A stretch of 64,000 nt of DNA from Candidatus Pelagibacter sp. (GTDB lineage: Bacteria > Pseudomonadota > Alphaproteobacteria > Paracaedibacterales > CAIOTO01). Shown piece by piece: positions 42,401 through 51,410 of the stretch; position 1 is the stretch's first letter, and each line of letters begins with the position of its first letter. The stretch is taken from positions 275,823 through 339,822 of the forward strand of contig PNMQ01000002.1 of NCBI GenBank assembly GCA_013823725.1. The letters are read 5' to 3'. The position numbers were made by a program, and so were the translations under genes. The notes under the pieces are model-generated. The model was not told the DNA's origin and did no database searches. It was given only the letters and a program-made list of their open reading frames with translations.

Positions 42401-42537
42401 AAGTATTTCCTTTCATTTGGGAACATTCTATTAAAATTTAAGATAATTTCATCTAAATAAAACTTCACTGCAAGCTCTTTTTTCTAGTGTGAGGATTATT
42501 GAACACAGTTATAATCACAATCATAGTTTTCTGTTCT

Positions 42538-43137
42538 CTAAAACTCGTACATCACAAGTTTTGATTTACCAAAATACCTCTCTTCTAGAAAACTCAAAAA
42601 TGATTCCTGTGGTAATGCACAATGTTGATCTGATTCTTCTATAATCAACAAACCTTTTTTAGAAAAATAATTTTTATCGAACAATAGTTGTATCGCTTTT
42701 TTTTCTAAACCTTGTAAATAGGGCGGATCTAAATAAATGATAACTCTACCGAATGTCTTGTTAGTTTGATGACATACATTTTCTACATCTAAAAGATGCT
42801 TAAATTCTTTCACCATGCTTGTTTGACTTTTCTGTGGCGCAGGTTTTAATTTTGAGATATTAGTCTTCAAGACTTTAATCACATTTAAATTATTTTCCAC
42901 AAAAACCACATGCCCTGCACCACGAGACATTGCCTCTATACCGATAGATCCTGAACCTGCAAAACCGTCTATAAATAAGACATCCTTCCAGTCGCATGAA
43001 AGAATATCGCTTTTCAACAACCTACTTTCTAATATATTATAAAGAGACTCTTTAACCCTATCTTTGGTAGGTCTTGCATCTGTTGCTTGAGGAAGATCTA
43101 ATTTCTGTTTTCTCCATTGTCCTGCAATTATTCTCAT
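42538..43137 (-). CDS. rsmD: 16S rRNA (guanine966-N2)-methyltransferase
   Basis: N-terminus RIIAGQWRKQKL ... RPTKDRVKESLYNIL, SAM motif DGFAGSGSIGIEAMSRGA, and DPPY. Confidence 0.85.
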   Translation of the reverse strand: MRIIAGQWRKQKLDLPQATDARPTKDRVKESLYNILESRLLKSDILSCDWKDVLFIDGFAGSGSIGIEAMSRGAGHVVFVENNLNVIKVLKTNISKLKPAPQKSQTSMVKEFKHLLDVENVCHQTNKTFGRVIIYLDPPYLQGLEKKAIQLLFDKNYFSKKGLLIIEESDQHCALPQESFLSFLEERYFGKSKLVMYEF

Positions 43138-43469
43138 AGCAAAACCTTTTGACTTTCATGCCAAGCCAAAATACCACCATCCAATGAATAATATTCTTTT
43201 GATGTGCCCCATATTTTTGCTGCGATATCACAAGCAGACAAACTGCGATATCCAGATCGGCAATAAAAAACAATATGTTGAATTTCTTCAGCATCCATTT
43301 CAAGAAGTTTCTTGTTCAAATCATGCAAGGGTAAATGAACCGCATTATCTATCATGCCGGATTCAATTTCAACATCACTTCTTACATCAATTAAAATGTG
43401 TTTTAAGCCTTCATTTAAAAAAGAAAGGTACTCTTTAACTGGTATTCTTTTCATGGTTTGATTAAACAA
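43134..43469 (-). CDS. Single-domain rhodanese sulfurtransferase
   Basis: 111 aa with active-site loop FYCRSGYRS. Overlaps the rsmD start by 4 nt. Confidence 0.8.
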   Translation of the reverse strand: MFNQTMKRIPVKEYLSFLNEGLKHILIDVRSDVEIESGMIDNAVHLPLHDLNKKLLEMDAEEIQHIVFYCRSGYRSLSACDIAAKIWGTSKEYYSLDGGILAWHESQKVLL

Positions 43470-43555
43470 TTGATGAGACAGAAGTCCAACTATATATTAA
43501 AAAAAAGCACTTAACAATCCATGAAATCTAAACCTTAAACTCTTTAAATACAATT

Positions 43556-44044
43556 CTAGCTTATCAATACATTATCTTGTTCTATTTTAAAATCAACAGC
43601 ATGCGATATTCTTTTCAAACGATTTTCCCTAAGAGACACAGTTAAAACACCTTTTAGTAGGGGTCGAAAAGATTCATTAAAATTTTCACTTCGTTTCACA
43701 AAAGCTTTTGTCACAAAAATTTCGATACCCCCACTTTGGCCAACAAGATAAAAGCGTTTATAAGCCCAATCTTCAAGAATACCTAAAAATAATTTAGTTG
43801 ATTTATTTATGATTGGCGTTGATATATCCGGCGCATACTTAATTGTTAATTACTTAGCAGTTAAAACTATAGGAACGAATTTTTCATTATACGTTTTTTC
43901 TTCAACGCGATTGCATCCTGTTAAAAATCCTATTAATAAAGCTAGCAATGAAAAGAGTAATAATTTACCACTTTTGTTTTTTTTGCGTTTAAAAAAAATT
44001 CTTTTTGTCAAGCCTTCGTCTTTAATAAAAACATCGTGATCCAT
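43556..44044 (-). pseudogene. Lipoprotein reading frame interrupted by one in-frame TAA
   Basis: AGGAGAG Shine-Dalgarno sequence, then a 64-codon ORF with lipobox FLTGC and TAA at 43850-43852. The same frame then stays open for 97 further codons (LTIKYAPDIS ... GVLTVSLRENRLKRISHAVDFKIEQDNVLIS) to the TAG at 43556-43558. Translated by hand. Confidence 0.45.
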
Positions 44045-44369
44045 TTCTCTCTCCTTTTTTGAAAATATATTTTAAAAGAGATATTTTTTTCCCATAAAAA
44101 AATCTCCGCACTCTCCTACTTCTTTTATACTATTTTCAATAATAAAATCATGTAGACCGCACTTAGCGAAAGTCCTCAGCCGTACAAATTACCCCCAATA
44201 AATCATAGCTAAACGTGATCTGATAATTCATATTAATATTAAGAAATTCGTTTTTTTCAGAAGGAACAAGCATATTCGTCACCCCTGCTATCACAGGCGT
44301 TGCTAATTCCATAAAAGCAAAACTCTTCACGCTTTCTTACATAGCGATAATCTATTCATAAATTCAACG

Positions 44370-44615
44370 TTATGAATGAACAATCTCTTTTGTAACATCA
44401 ACCGTCGAATGATACATTCTGTCAGAAAAATTATTTAAAACATAAATAACATCATCAGGAGCATTATTAGATTTGACTTGTTCAATTAGTTCGCTTTTAC
44501 TTGCAGGATAAAAAATACCTTTTAAATATTTTTCAATAGCTGCTGGACTGATCTTTTGAGGATCACCTCGTCCCCCTTGACTTGTTTTGATACCACTTTC
44601 TTTAGTCCCTGTCAT
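44370..44615 (-). CDS. DUF2795-like small protein
   Basis: 81 aa. KYLKGIFYPASKSELIEQVKSNNAPDDVIYVLNNFSDRMYHSTVDV fits the DUF2795 pattern (yLkG..yPa.K.dL...A..ngAp.dV...L..l....Y.s..dV). TAGGAGA Shine-Dalgarno sequence. Confidence 0.65.
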   Translation of the reverse strand: MTGTKESGIKTSQGGRGDPQKISPAAIEKYLKGIFYPASKSELIEQVKSNNAPDDVIYVLNNFSDRMYHSTVDVTKEIVHS

Positions 44616-44717
44616 AATACATCTCCTATTTAGTTTGGTTCAAATCAACGAACTTTACAGTTCACAAACAGTATTCGGTTAAGGAGCCTATGTTTCAAGT
44701 TTAAAAAAAAGAACCAT

Positions 44718-44739
44718 TTCAATTCAATTCAATTCAATT
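44718..44739. repeat. Pentanucleotide repeat (TTCAA)x4 plus TT
   Basis: Read directly: TTCAATTCAATTCAATTCAATT in the intergenic region about 100 nt upstream of the DUF2795 gene start. Confidence 0.9.
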
Positions 44740-44859
44740 ATTATATGACTAAAAAATTTAAAATACATCCTCCTCAATAAAAAACATGCTTAAGAGACAA
44801 GATTGAGATTTTTGAACATGGTAAAAAAATTTCATAAATGTTTACTGCATCGAAAGTAC

Positions 44860-44888
44860 TTGAAATGTGGCTTGTAATAGTATATGAT
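44860..44888 (+). promoter_or_regulatory. Sigma-70-like promoter candidate for tRNA-Arg and typA
   Basis: TTGAAA (44860-44865), a 17-nt spacer, then TATGAT (44883-44888), 44 nt upstream of the tRNA 5-prime end. Confidence 0.3.
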
Positions 44889-44932
44889 AATAGGGTATCA
44901 AGATTATCGTTTGCATAGTCTTTATTTTATAC

Positions 44933-45009
44933 GCGCCCTTAGCTCAGCTGGATAGAGCAACAGCCTTCTAAGCTGTGGGTCAGAGGTTCGAATCCTCTAG
45001 GGCGTGCCA
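44933..45009 (+). tRNA. tRNA-Arg (anticodon UCU)
   Basis: GCGCCCTTAGCTCAGCTGGATAGAGCAACAGCCTTCTAAGCTGTGGGTCAGAGGTTCGAATCCTCTAGGGCGTGCCA. Near-colinear with E. coli argU. Anticodon loop CTTCTAA. Confidence 0.95.
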
Positions 45010-45052
45010 TCATTTTTTATTTAATCTCATAAACAAAAAGAGTTCCTATTTT

Positions 45053-46876
45053 ATGACAGACATCAGAAATCTTGCTATTATTGCTCACGTTGACCATGGT
45101 AAAACCACTCTCGTAGATGCTTTGTTAAAACAAAGCGGTACATTTCGTGACAACCAAAATGTTAATGAACGCGCAATGGATTCGAACGATCTTGAAAAAG
45201 AACGTGGAATCACGATCCTTGCAAAATGCACATCTATTATGTGGAATAATTCACGTCTTAACATCGTTGACACACCTGGACACGCAGATTTCGGTGGTGA
45301 AGTGGAACGCATTCTAAGCATGGTTGATGGTGTTGTTTTATTAGTTGATGCTGCAGAAGGTGCAATGCCTCAAACAAAATTCGTCTTAACAAAAGCTCTT
45401 AAGCTTGGATTAAAACCTATCGTTATTATCAATAAAATTGATCGATCTGATGCACGTCAAGATGAAGTGTTAGAAGAAATTTTTGATCTTTTCATAGCAT
45501 TAGAAGCAACTGATGCACAACTTGATTTCCCTGTTCTTTATGCATCGGGCCGTGCAGGTTGGGCTGTAGATTCATTGGATGATGAAAGAACAGACCTTAC
45601 ACCACTTTTCAAGAAAATTTTGGAATATATACCAACGCCAGTCGTTGAAGAAGGCCCTTTCCAAATGCTTATTACAACTCGTGAATATGACCCTTACTTA
45701 GGTCGCGTATTAACAGGCCGTATCCAAAGTGGATCTATTAAATTAAATACAGCTGTTAAGGTTCTTGATTTAGAAGGTAACACTGTTGAAAATGGTCGTG
45801 TTTCTAAAATTTTAGCATTCCGTGGGCTTGATCGTGTACCGGTTGAAGAAGCTCATGCTGGTGATATTGTTGTTCTTGCAGGACTTGTTAAAGCAAACGT
45901 ATCCGATACCATTTGTGTCCCAGAAATAACAATCCCCTTAAAAGCTCAACCTATTGATCCACCAACATTAGCAATGACGTTTTCTGTTAACGACTCACCA
46001 TTAGCAGGTAAAGAAGGTTCAAAAGTAACTTCCCGTATGCTAGGTGATCGCCTAAAAAAAGAAGCTGAAGGCAACATAGCACTACAAATCACTGAAACCG
46101 CAGAAAAAGATGCTTTTGAAGTTGCCGGTCGTGGTGAATTACAGTTAGGCGTTCTTATTGAAACCATGCGTCGTGAAGGTTTTGAAATATCGATCAGCCG
46201 CCCACGTGTTTTATTTAAAAAAGATGAAATCACAGGTGAAAAATTAGAACCTATTGAAGAAGTTCAAATTGATGTTGATGAAGAGTATGTAGGTTCTGTT
46301 GTAGAATCTATGAGCAATCGTAAAGCTGAAATGGTTGACATGCGTCCATTTGGTGCTGGCAAAACACGTATCATGTTCCATGCACCGTCACGCGGTTTAA
46401 TTGGATACTATAGCCAGTTCTTAACAGAAACTAGAGGCACTGGAATTATGGCCCGCGTATATCATTCTTACGCACCTTATAAAGGCTCCATAGAAGGTAG
46501 ACGCAATGGCGTTCTCATTGCTAACTCTGACGGTGAATCCGTTGCTTATGCTTTATGGAATCTAGAAGATAGAGGTACATTATTTATTGGCGGTGGCGTT
46601 CCTGTATATCAAGGAATGATTATTGGTGAAAATAGCCGTGAACAAGATATGGAAGTAAACCCTCTAAAAGCAAAACAATTAACAAACGTTCGTGCTTCAG
46701 GAAAAGATGAAGCCATTAGGTTATCCCCTCCTCGTTTAATGTCACTTGAACAAGCATTGTCATACATTCAAGATGATGAACGTGTTGAAGTAACACCTAA
46801 AAGTATTCGGTTACGTAAAGCATACCTAGATCCAAATGATAGAAAAAGATTTGAACGCAAAGGCGATCAATTTTAA
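45053..46876 (+). CDS. typA: Translational GTPase TypA/BipA
   Basis: GTPase motifs [22 protein letters not shown] and NKIDR, with EF-G-like domains. Start set to the ATG at 45053 because the track start at 44975 lies inside tRNA-Arg. Confidence 0.95.
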   Translation: MTDIRNLAIIAHVDHGKTTLVDALLKQSGTFRDNQNVNERAMDSNDLEKERGITILAKCTSIMWNNSRLNIVDTPGHADFGGEVERILSMVDGVVLLVDAAEGAMPQTKFVLTKALKLGLKPIVIINKIDRSDARQDEVLEEIFDLFIALEATDAQLDFPVLYASGRAGWAVDSLDDERTDLTPLFKKILEYIPTPVVEEGPFQMLITTREYDPYLGRVLTGRIQSGSIKLNTAVKVLDLEGNTVENGRVSKILAFRGLDRVPVEEAHAGDIVVLAGLVKANVSDTICVPEITIPLKAQPIDPPTLAMTFSVNDSPLAGKEGSKVTSRMLGDRLKKEAEGNIALQITETAEKDAFEVAGRGELQLGVLIETMRREGFEISISRPRVLFKKDEITGEKLEPIEEVQIDVDEEYVGSVVESMSNRKAEMVDMRPFGAGKTRIMFHAPSRGLIGYYSQFLTETRGTGIMARVYHSYAPYKGSIEGRRNGVLIANSDGESVAYALWNLEDRGTLFIGGGVPVYQGMIIGENSREQDMEVNPLKAKQLTNVRASGKDEAIRLSPPRLMSLEQALSYIQDDERVEVTPKSIRLRKAYLDPNDRKRFERKGDQF

Positions 46877-46896
46877 ATTTTCTCTATACTAACTCT

Positions 46897-46929
46897 AAAA
46901 GCCTTAGATTTTTTCTAAGGCTTTTTTTT
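46897..46929 (+). terminator. Rho-independent terminator
   Basis: AAAAGCCTTAG (46897-46907) pairs with CTAAGGCTTTT (46915-46925), followed by a T-run. Confidence 0.75.
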
Positions 46930-47113
46930 ATCTCAATATCAAAATTTCCTTCACAAATATCACTCCATTTTTTCTTGATATATGCGTAGCAACCCATCAT
47001 TATTGTAATTAAAGTCTGCCATCAATCAAGACTTGACTATTTTAAATATGATATTTAAAATAAAAATTTATTTAATCATCATTTAAACTAAAAAAATAAA
47101 AAAGGGATCTTTT

Positions 47114-47998
47114 ATGAATAAAATTAAATTTCTTATGATTAAAATGTTCAATTTTTATTTACTACTTCTGATATCTCCAATTTTTTCTTCTGAAATACAA
47201 TATAGAGACATGCAAAGATATGTAGCAGCATACCCAGACACAATTGAAAGAATAGAGGACAATTATCTGATATGGAAAAATGGATCACGAATGCCCATGC
47301 AAAAACATTTACCCTGTTGCGACTTAAAAGAATCTTTAAAAAATCCTGATTTATATAGACAACTATCTATACCATATAAAACTAATAATGAATGTGGTGC
47401 TTTCATCCCACTAGAAAACGAAGATCCAGGACGTATTAGAGACACAGAATTTTTTGATATTATGTACGGAAGATCAAAAGAGGAAATTGAGCAAAACTTA
47501 GTAATGATAGACTGGATGCCACTAACATTTGGAGAAAACACTAAAAAATTAGCAATAACACAAATCAATAACGTTGACAAAAAACTTCAATCTATATCAT
47601 CAGATCTCGATCGTCTAGTTCTTAACAACCCAGATTTTAAACCTTTCCTTTCAAATCCTGGCGGAACTTTTTGCTATAGAACAATTGCTGGAACGGACCG
47701 TAGGAGTTGTCATAGTTACGGTATGACAATTGATATTAATGTAGAACACTCTCATTATTGGTTATGGGATTATAACAAAAAAAATAAAAATACAGATCCA
47801 CGCTCAGCAGTATTAGAAGAAGATATACCATCAGATTTGATCCCTACTTATACAAATAACATTCCTATAGAAATTGTTTCAATATTTGAAACCTATGGCT
47901 TTATTTGGGGAGGGAAATGGTACCATTATGATACAATGCATTTTGAATATCGACCTGAATTACTGACAAAGTTAGAAGAAAACAACGAAGACATGTAA
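47114..47998 (+). CDS. Exported M15-family (LAS-fold) zinc peptidase, probable cell-wall peptidase
   Basis: Signal peptide. Zinc-ligand pattern SCHSYGMTIDIN (H-x6-D) and GFIWGGKWYHYDTMHFEY, typical of VanY/M15 DD- or LD-peptidases. Confidence 0.75.
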   Translation: MNKIKFLMIKMFNFYLLLLISPIFSSEIQYRDMQRYVAAYPDTIERIEDNYLIWKNGSRMPMQKHLPCCDLKESLKNPDLYRQLSIPYKTNNECGAFIPLENEDPGRIRDTEFFDIMYGRSKEEIEQNLVMIDWMPLTFGENTKKLAITQINNVDKKLQSISSDLDRLVLNNPDFKPFLSNPGGTFCYRTIAGTDRRSCHSYGMTIDINVEHSHYWLWDYNKKNKNTDPRSAVLEEDIPSDLIPTYTNNIPIEIVSIFETYGFIWGGKWYHYDTMHFEYRPELLTKLEENNEDM

Positions 47999-48232
47999 TC
48001 CATAAGCCTTCATCTATATTAATACCTATAAATCAAACGCTTTATAAAAAGCTATCGTTCGTATACAAACAGTTTTGATCATATAAATTCCAAAACAGTT
48101 TTAATGGATTATATTTATATCGTCGAGCCCTATAGTCAGCTTTTTTAACCCCAAGACAGTACTCTATAAAAACTTTAGACAATATCTTAAAGTCAGACAA
48201 ACATGATATAAACTTCTTTAGAACTGGCTAGA

Positions 48233-48276
48233 TTTAATCTTTGTATAAAGTTAATAAAATTTATACAAAGATTAAA
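48233..48276. repeat. 17-bp perfect inverted repeat with a 10-nt spacer
   Basis: TTTAATCTTTGTATAAA (48233-48249) and TTTATACAAAGATTAAA (48260-48276) are exact reverse complements. They lie in a 458-bp non-coding gap. Confidence 0.9.
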
Positions 48277-48456
48277 AACACATTTTATTTCTTAAATCTT
48301 CTAACAATTTCAAATGCATACCTTTTATTTTATGGTACAATCAATTTATAAATTCATAGTCTAATTTAGATTCGTTATCTTATGAAATATCGTAAAATAT
48401 TCGCATGAACGGAATGTTTTTTTCATAAAAACTCAATATAGAAAGAATATAGATAA

Positions 48457-49851
48457 ATGTTAACCCTAATTAAAAAAATATCTTTAGTTTTAATACTTGT
48501 ATCATGTGGACAAGTTGAAGATATTTCTGAAGTTAAAAAATTTTTTAATCACGAATTTTATAGAACTAAATATAGTACCAGACTAAACGGATCTGACCCT
48601 TTACAACATTTTATGAATATCGATTTTAGTGAAGACTTCCAAAAACATACAGATCCTAATGATTGGTTTAATACCACTCTCTATTTAAGATGTTTTCCAT
48701 GCAGTGAAAATCCATTTGTGAATTTTTTAAAACAGCCTGTATCTACATTCGATAAAACATTGCCAGCCATACATGTTTATGCACAAAATTCTCAACTTAC
48801 GAGAGCATGGATAGCTATCGAGTCTTTGCTAAGGATGAACAAACATAGCATAATTTTGCATCTACAAGAAAATGTAGATTATGGAGATATGTTCAAGCAT
48901 CACGTTAAACGAGGTTTGATTATCAAAAAAGACAATACCAAAAACAAAAGCTTTTATAAAAGTAATTTTTTTATGATGGACCTAGAACCAGAAAAATATA
49001 AAGATTATTTTCAACCAAAGCAATTTTGGTTACTCCCATCGTATTTATTGAGTAAAGGACCTAATGTCCTTCGCCATAATGTTAATCGTTATTCACCTTG
49101 GGGGAGAATCGGAAAGATTGATCCACTCTGTATTAACATTGCAGAAGCAGCAGAAGAACCTTTGCTGTACACAATTGATCAGATTTCTAATTTAACTTCG
49201 TTCTTAGATAGAATTAGTTCTGGTATAGATATTTGTTTTTATTATCATAAATTGCATAAAAATTGGGTATTGACACCAGGTTTTCTAGATTCATGGATTC
49301 AAACCAAACATCTCAATCCAACCAAAGAATTCAGTATATCATTTCTATTGAGCATGCATCAAAAAGGAGAAGATCATGAGCAAGAAGGTTTTCAATACTC
49401 CCAAAGAAAATTAATTTGGGATTCTGAATCTCTTATTGGTAAACCAACTCGTTTTTATGTTTCAAAACGAAGCATTTCAAAATTCCCAAAAAAATATCAT
49501 TCTCGCGTGTTACCAACAGACTCCAAAAAATGGGTCTTTAATTCACAATTCCATATCGCAATGGAAAATACTCGACAGAAAAATTATATGACTGAAAAAT
49601 TGTTAGGTTGTTTTACTTCACTAACAATTCCTATATACCTAGGATGTCCTAATGTTAGAGATTATTTTGATGAAAGAGGAATGTTTATAGCAGAATCTGC
49701 CGAAGAAATTATCGCAATCGCCCAATCCATTAATAAAGACACTTATAAAAAAATGCTTCCCTATTTACAAGAAAACAAAAGGAGAGCTTTAAAATTAATA
49801 AAATTACGTGAAACTTCGATTGCAGAATTTTTGAAAAGAGAATTTAAATAG
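48457..49851 (+). CDS. GT10 (alpha-1,3-fucosyltransferase)-like glycosyltransferase, paralog 2
   Basis: FHIAMENTRQKNYMTEKLLGCFTSLTIPIYLGCPNVRDYFDERGMFIA parallels paralog 1 and the GT10 motif. N-terminus has the lipobox-like LILVSCG. Confidence 0.6.
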   Translation: MLTLIKKISLVLILVSCGQVEDISEVKKFFNHEFYRTKYSTRLNGSDPLQHFMNIDFSEDFQKHTDPNDWFNTTLYLRCFPCSENPFVNFLKQPVSTFDKTLPAIHVYAQNSQLTRAWIAIESLLRMNKHSIILHLQENVDYGDMFKHHVKRGLIIKKDNTKNKSFYKSNFFMMDLEPEKYKDYFQPKQFWLLPSYLLSKGPNVLRHNVNRYSPWGRIGKIDPLCINIAEAAEEPLLYTIDQISNLTSFLDRISSGIDICFYYHKLHKNWVLTPGFLDSWIQTKHLNPTKEFSISFLLSMHQKGEDHEQEGFQYSQRKLIWDSESLIGKPTRFYVSKRSISKFPKKYHSRVLPTDSKKWVFNSQFHIAMENTRQKNYMTEKLLGCFTSLTIPIYLGCPNVRDYFDERGMFIAESAEEIIAIAQSINKDTYKKMLPYLQENKRRALKLIKLRETSIAEFLKREFK

Positions 49852-50057
49852 GAAAATATGGCCGTTAGAATTATTATAATAATGCCGTTATAGCACCTAT
49901 GTTTTTTTTGATTATTACAGCGTGCAGCTCCGTTTTCAAAATAAGAGGCCACTGAAATCCATGAACTATCTTTCCAACAACATTGATTAATAAGTTAGGA
50001 TCTATTCAAGAAACACATCTAGCAATTTTTCAATCGTAATTTCGTTGTAGGAACCCA

Positions 50058-50093
50058 CTAAAAAAACCTCTATTGGTGTGGAGTTTTTTTTAG
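50058..50093. terminator. Imperfect A/T-flanked hairpin between convergent genes
   Basis: CTAAAAAAACCTC ... GAGTTTTTTTTAG, with one bulged C and a stem that is mostly A:T. Confidence 0.35.
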
Positions 50094-50122
50094 TTTGAAG
50101 ACTTCATTCACATTTTTTCAAC

Positions 50123-51397
50123 TTAATCAATTTTATACATTTTTAACATCGTAATTTGGTTTCTTGATCTTCTTATAACTTCAAATGAATAACCGTCGAA
50201 GTGAAACACTTGACCGACTTTTGGTATAATCCTCGATTGATAAAGAACAAATCCTGCAATTGTTGAAGCATCTTCATCTGGAATTTCCCAATGTAACTGA
50301 CGATTCAAATCTCGAATCGTAACGCTTCCATCAACAATGTAGCTACCGTCTTTTTGTGGCCTAATTCCCTTCACAACAATATCGTGCTCATCAGAAATAT
50401 CACCCACTATTTCTTCTAAAATATCTTCAAGCGTTACAATACCTAAAAGTTCACCATATTCATCAACGATAATGGATAAATGCTCTCTTCTCGATCTAAA
50501 TGCCTGAAGCTGTTCTAACAAATCTGTACTTTCAGGAACAAACCACGGTTTACCGGCAATTTCTTCAATATTAATTTCAGTCATATTAAAAGTATTGTCT
50601 GCTTGATCTTTTTGTTTGATGTACCGCAAAAGAGCTTTAGCATTAATAACACCTACAATGTTTTGTGGTTTATCTTTCCAAACAGGTATTCGCGTAAAGG
50701 GTGATGAAAGAACTTGGTTCACTATAGATTCTGAAGAATCGTGTACAGAAATTGTGGTAACATTTTTTCTATGCACCATAATTTCACCAACAGTGACAGA
50801 ACCTAAATCTAAAATACTTTTAAGCATCGCCTTTTCTTGGACACTATCCATATCCATACCAGAGTGCAAATCGATAGCACCACGTAATTCTTCAATGGAT
50901 GCTTCATAGGTAGCTTGCGATGGTGTTGTCGTAAGACCAAATATTGCCACACTTTTTTTAGCAATAAAGTGAATAACATGGTTCATAGGTCTAAATACAT
51001 TAAAGATAATTTTCAAAAATACTGCCGACTTTAATAGCAAGGTTTCAGCATATAATAAAGCCAACATTTTAGGCATAACTTCAGCATACACAACAATAAT
51101 AAAAGACATTAACGCTGCAGCAACTTCGCCACCTTGTTGACCTAAATAACCCATTAGTAATTTCGTAGCCAGCGCAACACCAAACGCATTTAAAGCAATA
51201 TTACAGCTAATAAAAACACTGATAGAATAACCTAAGTTATTTTGAAAATCGCGGATAATTTTGGCACTCGCATTACCTTCCTTGCTCATTTGGTGAAATC
51301 TGGCTTTTGAAGCAACAGAGATCGCCGTTTCGCACGCCGAAAAATAAGATGAAATACCTAAAAATATAAATATTAAAATGAGATAAAATAAAGTCAT
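50123..51397 (-). CDS. CNNM/TlyC-family membrane protein (DUF21-CBS-CorC_HlyC)
   Basis: N-terminal four-TM DUF21, a tandem CBS region (VGEIMVHRKNV ... RIPVWKD), and a C-terminal CorC/HlyC domain (VDGSVTIRDLNRQL ... STIAGFVL). Confidence 0.85.
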   Translation of the reverse strand: MTLFYLILIFIFLGISSYFSACETAISVASKARFHQMSKEGNASAKIIRDFQNNLGYSISVFISCNIALNAFGVALATKLLMGYLGQQGGEVAAALMSFIIVVYAEVMPKMLALLYAETLLLKSAVFLKIIFNVFRPMNHVIHFIAKKSVAIFGLTTTPSQATYEASIEELRGAIDLHSGMDMDSVQEKAMLKSILDLGSVTVGEIMVHRKNVTTISVHDSSESIVNQVLSSPFTRIPVWKDKPQNIVGVINAKALLRYIKQKDQADNTFNMTEINIEEIAGKPWFVPESTDLLEQLQAFRSRREHLSIIVDEYGELLGIVTLEDILEEIVGDISDEHDIVVKGIRPQKDGSYIVDGSVTIRDLNRQLHWEIPDEDASTIAGFVLYQSRIIPKVGQVFHFDGYSFEVIRRSRNQITMLKMYKID

Positions 51398-51410
51398 AAT
51401 TGCACGTAAT

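Noticed and set aside
43058-43303. 81-aa ORF spanning the rsmD/rhodanese junction
   Set aside because: It overlaps two motif-supported genes in a different frame and has no support of its own.
44163-44312. 49-codon minus-strand ORF (MELATPVIAGVTNMLVPSEKNEFLNINMNYQITFSYDLLGVICTAEDFR) in the gap between the interrupted lipoprotein and the DUF2795 gene
   Set aside because: It falls below the track threshold and has no obvious Shine-Dalgarno sequence or motif. It could be a gene remnant, which would fit the slightly higher G/C of this gap, but I cannot support it as a feature.
44975-45052. Track start of the typA ORF (MGQRFESSRACHHF...)
   Set aside because: This N-terminal extension begins inside tRNA-Arg (44933-45009). 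The conserved TypA N-terminus ([19 protein letters not shown]) starts at the ATG at 45053.
48333-48341. Extended -10-like TGGTACAAT upstream of GT10-like paralog 2 as a promoter
   Set aside because: It has no acceptable -35 element and lies 115 nt from the start codon. Such matches are frequent by chance here, so it is mentioned only in the context of the inverted-repeat finding.
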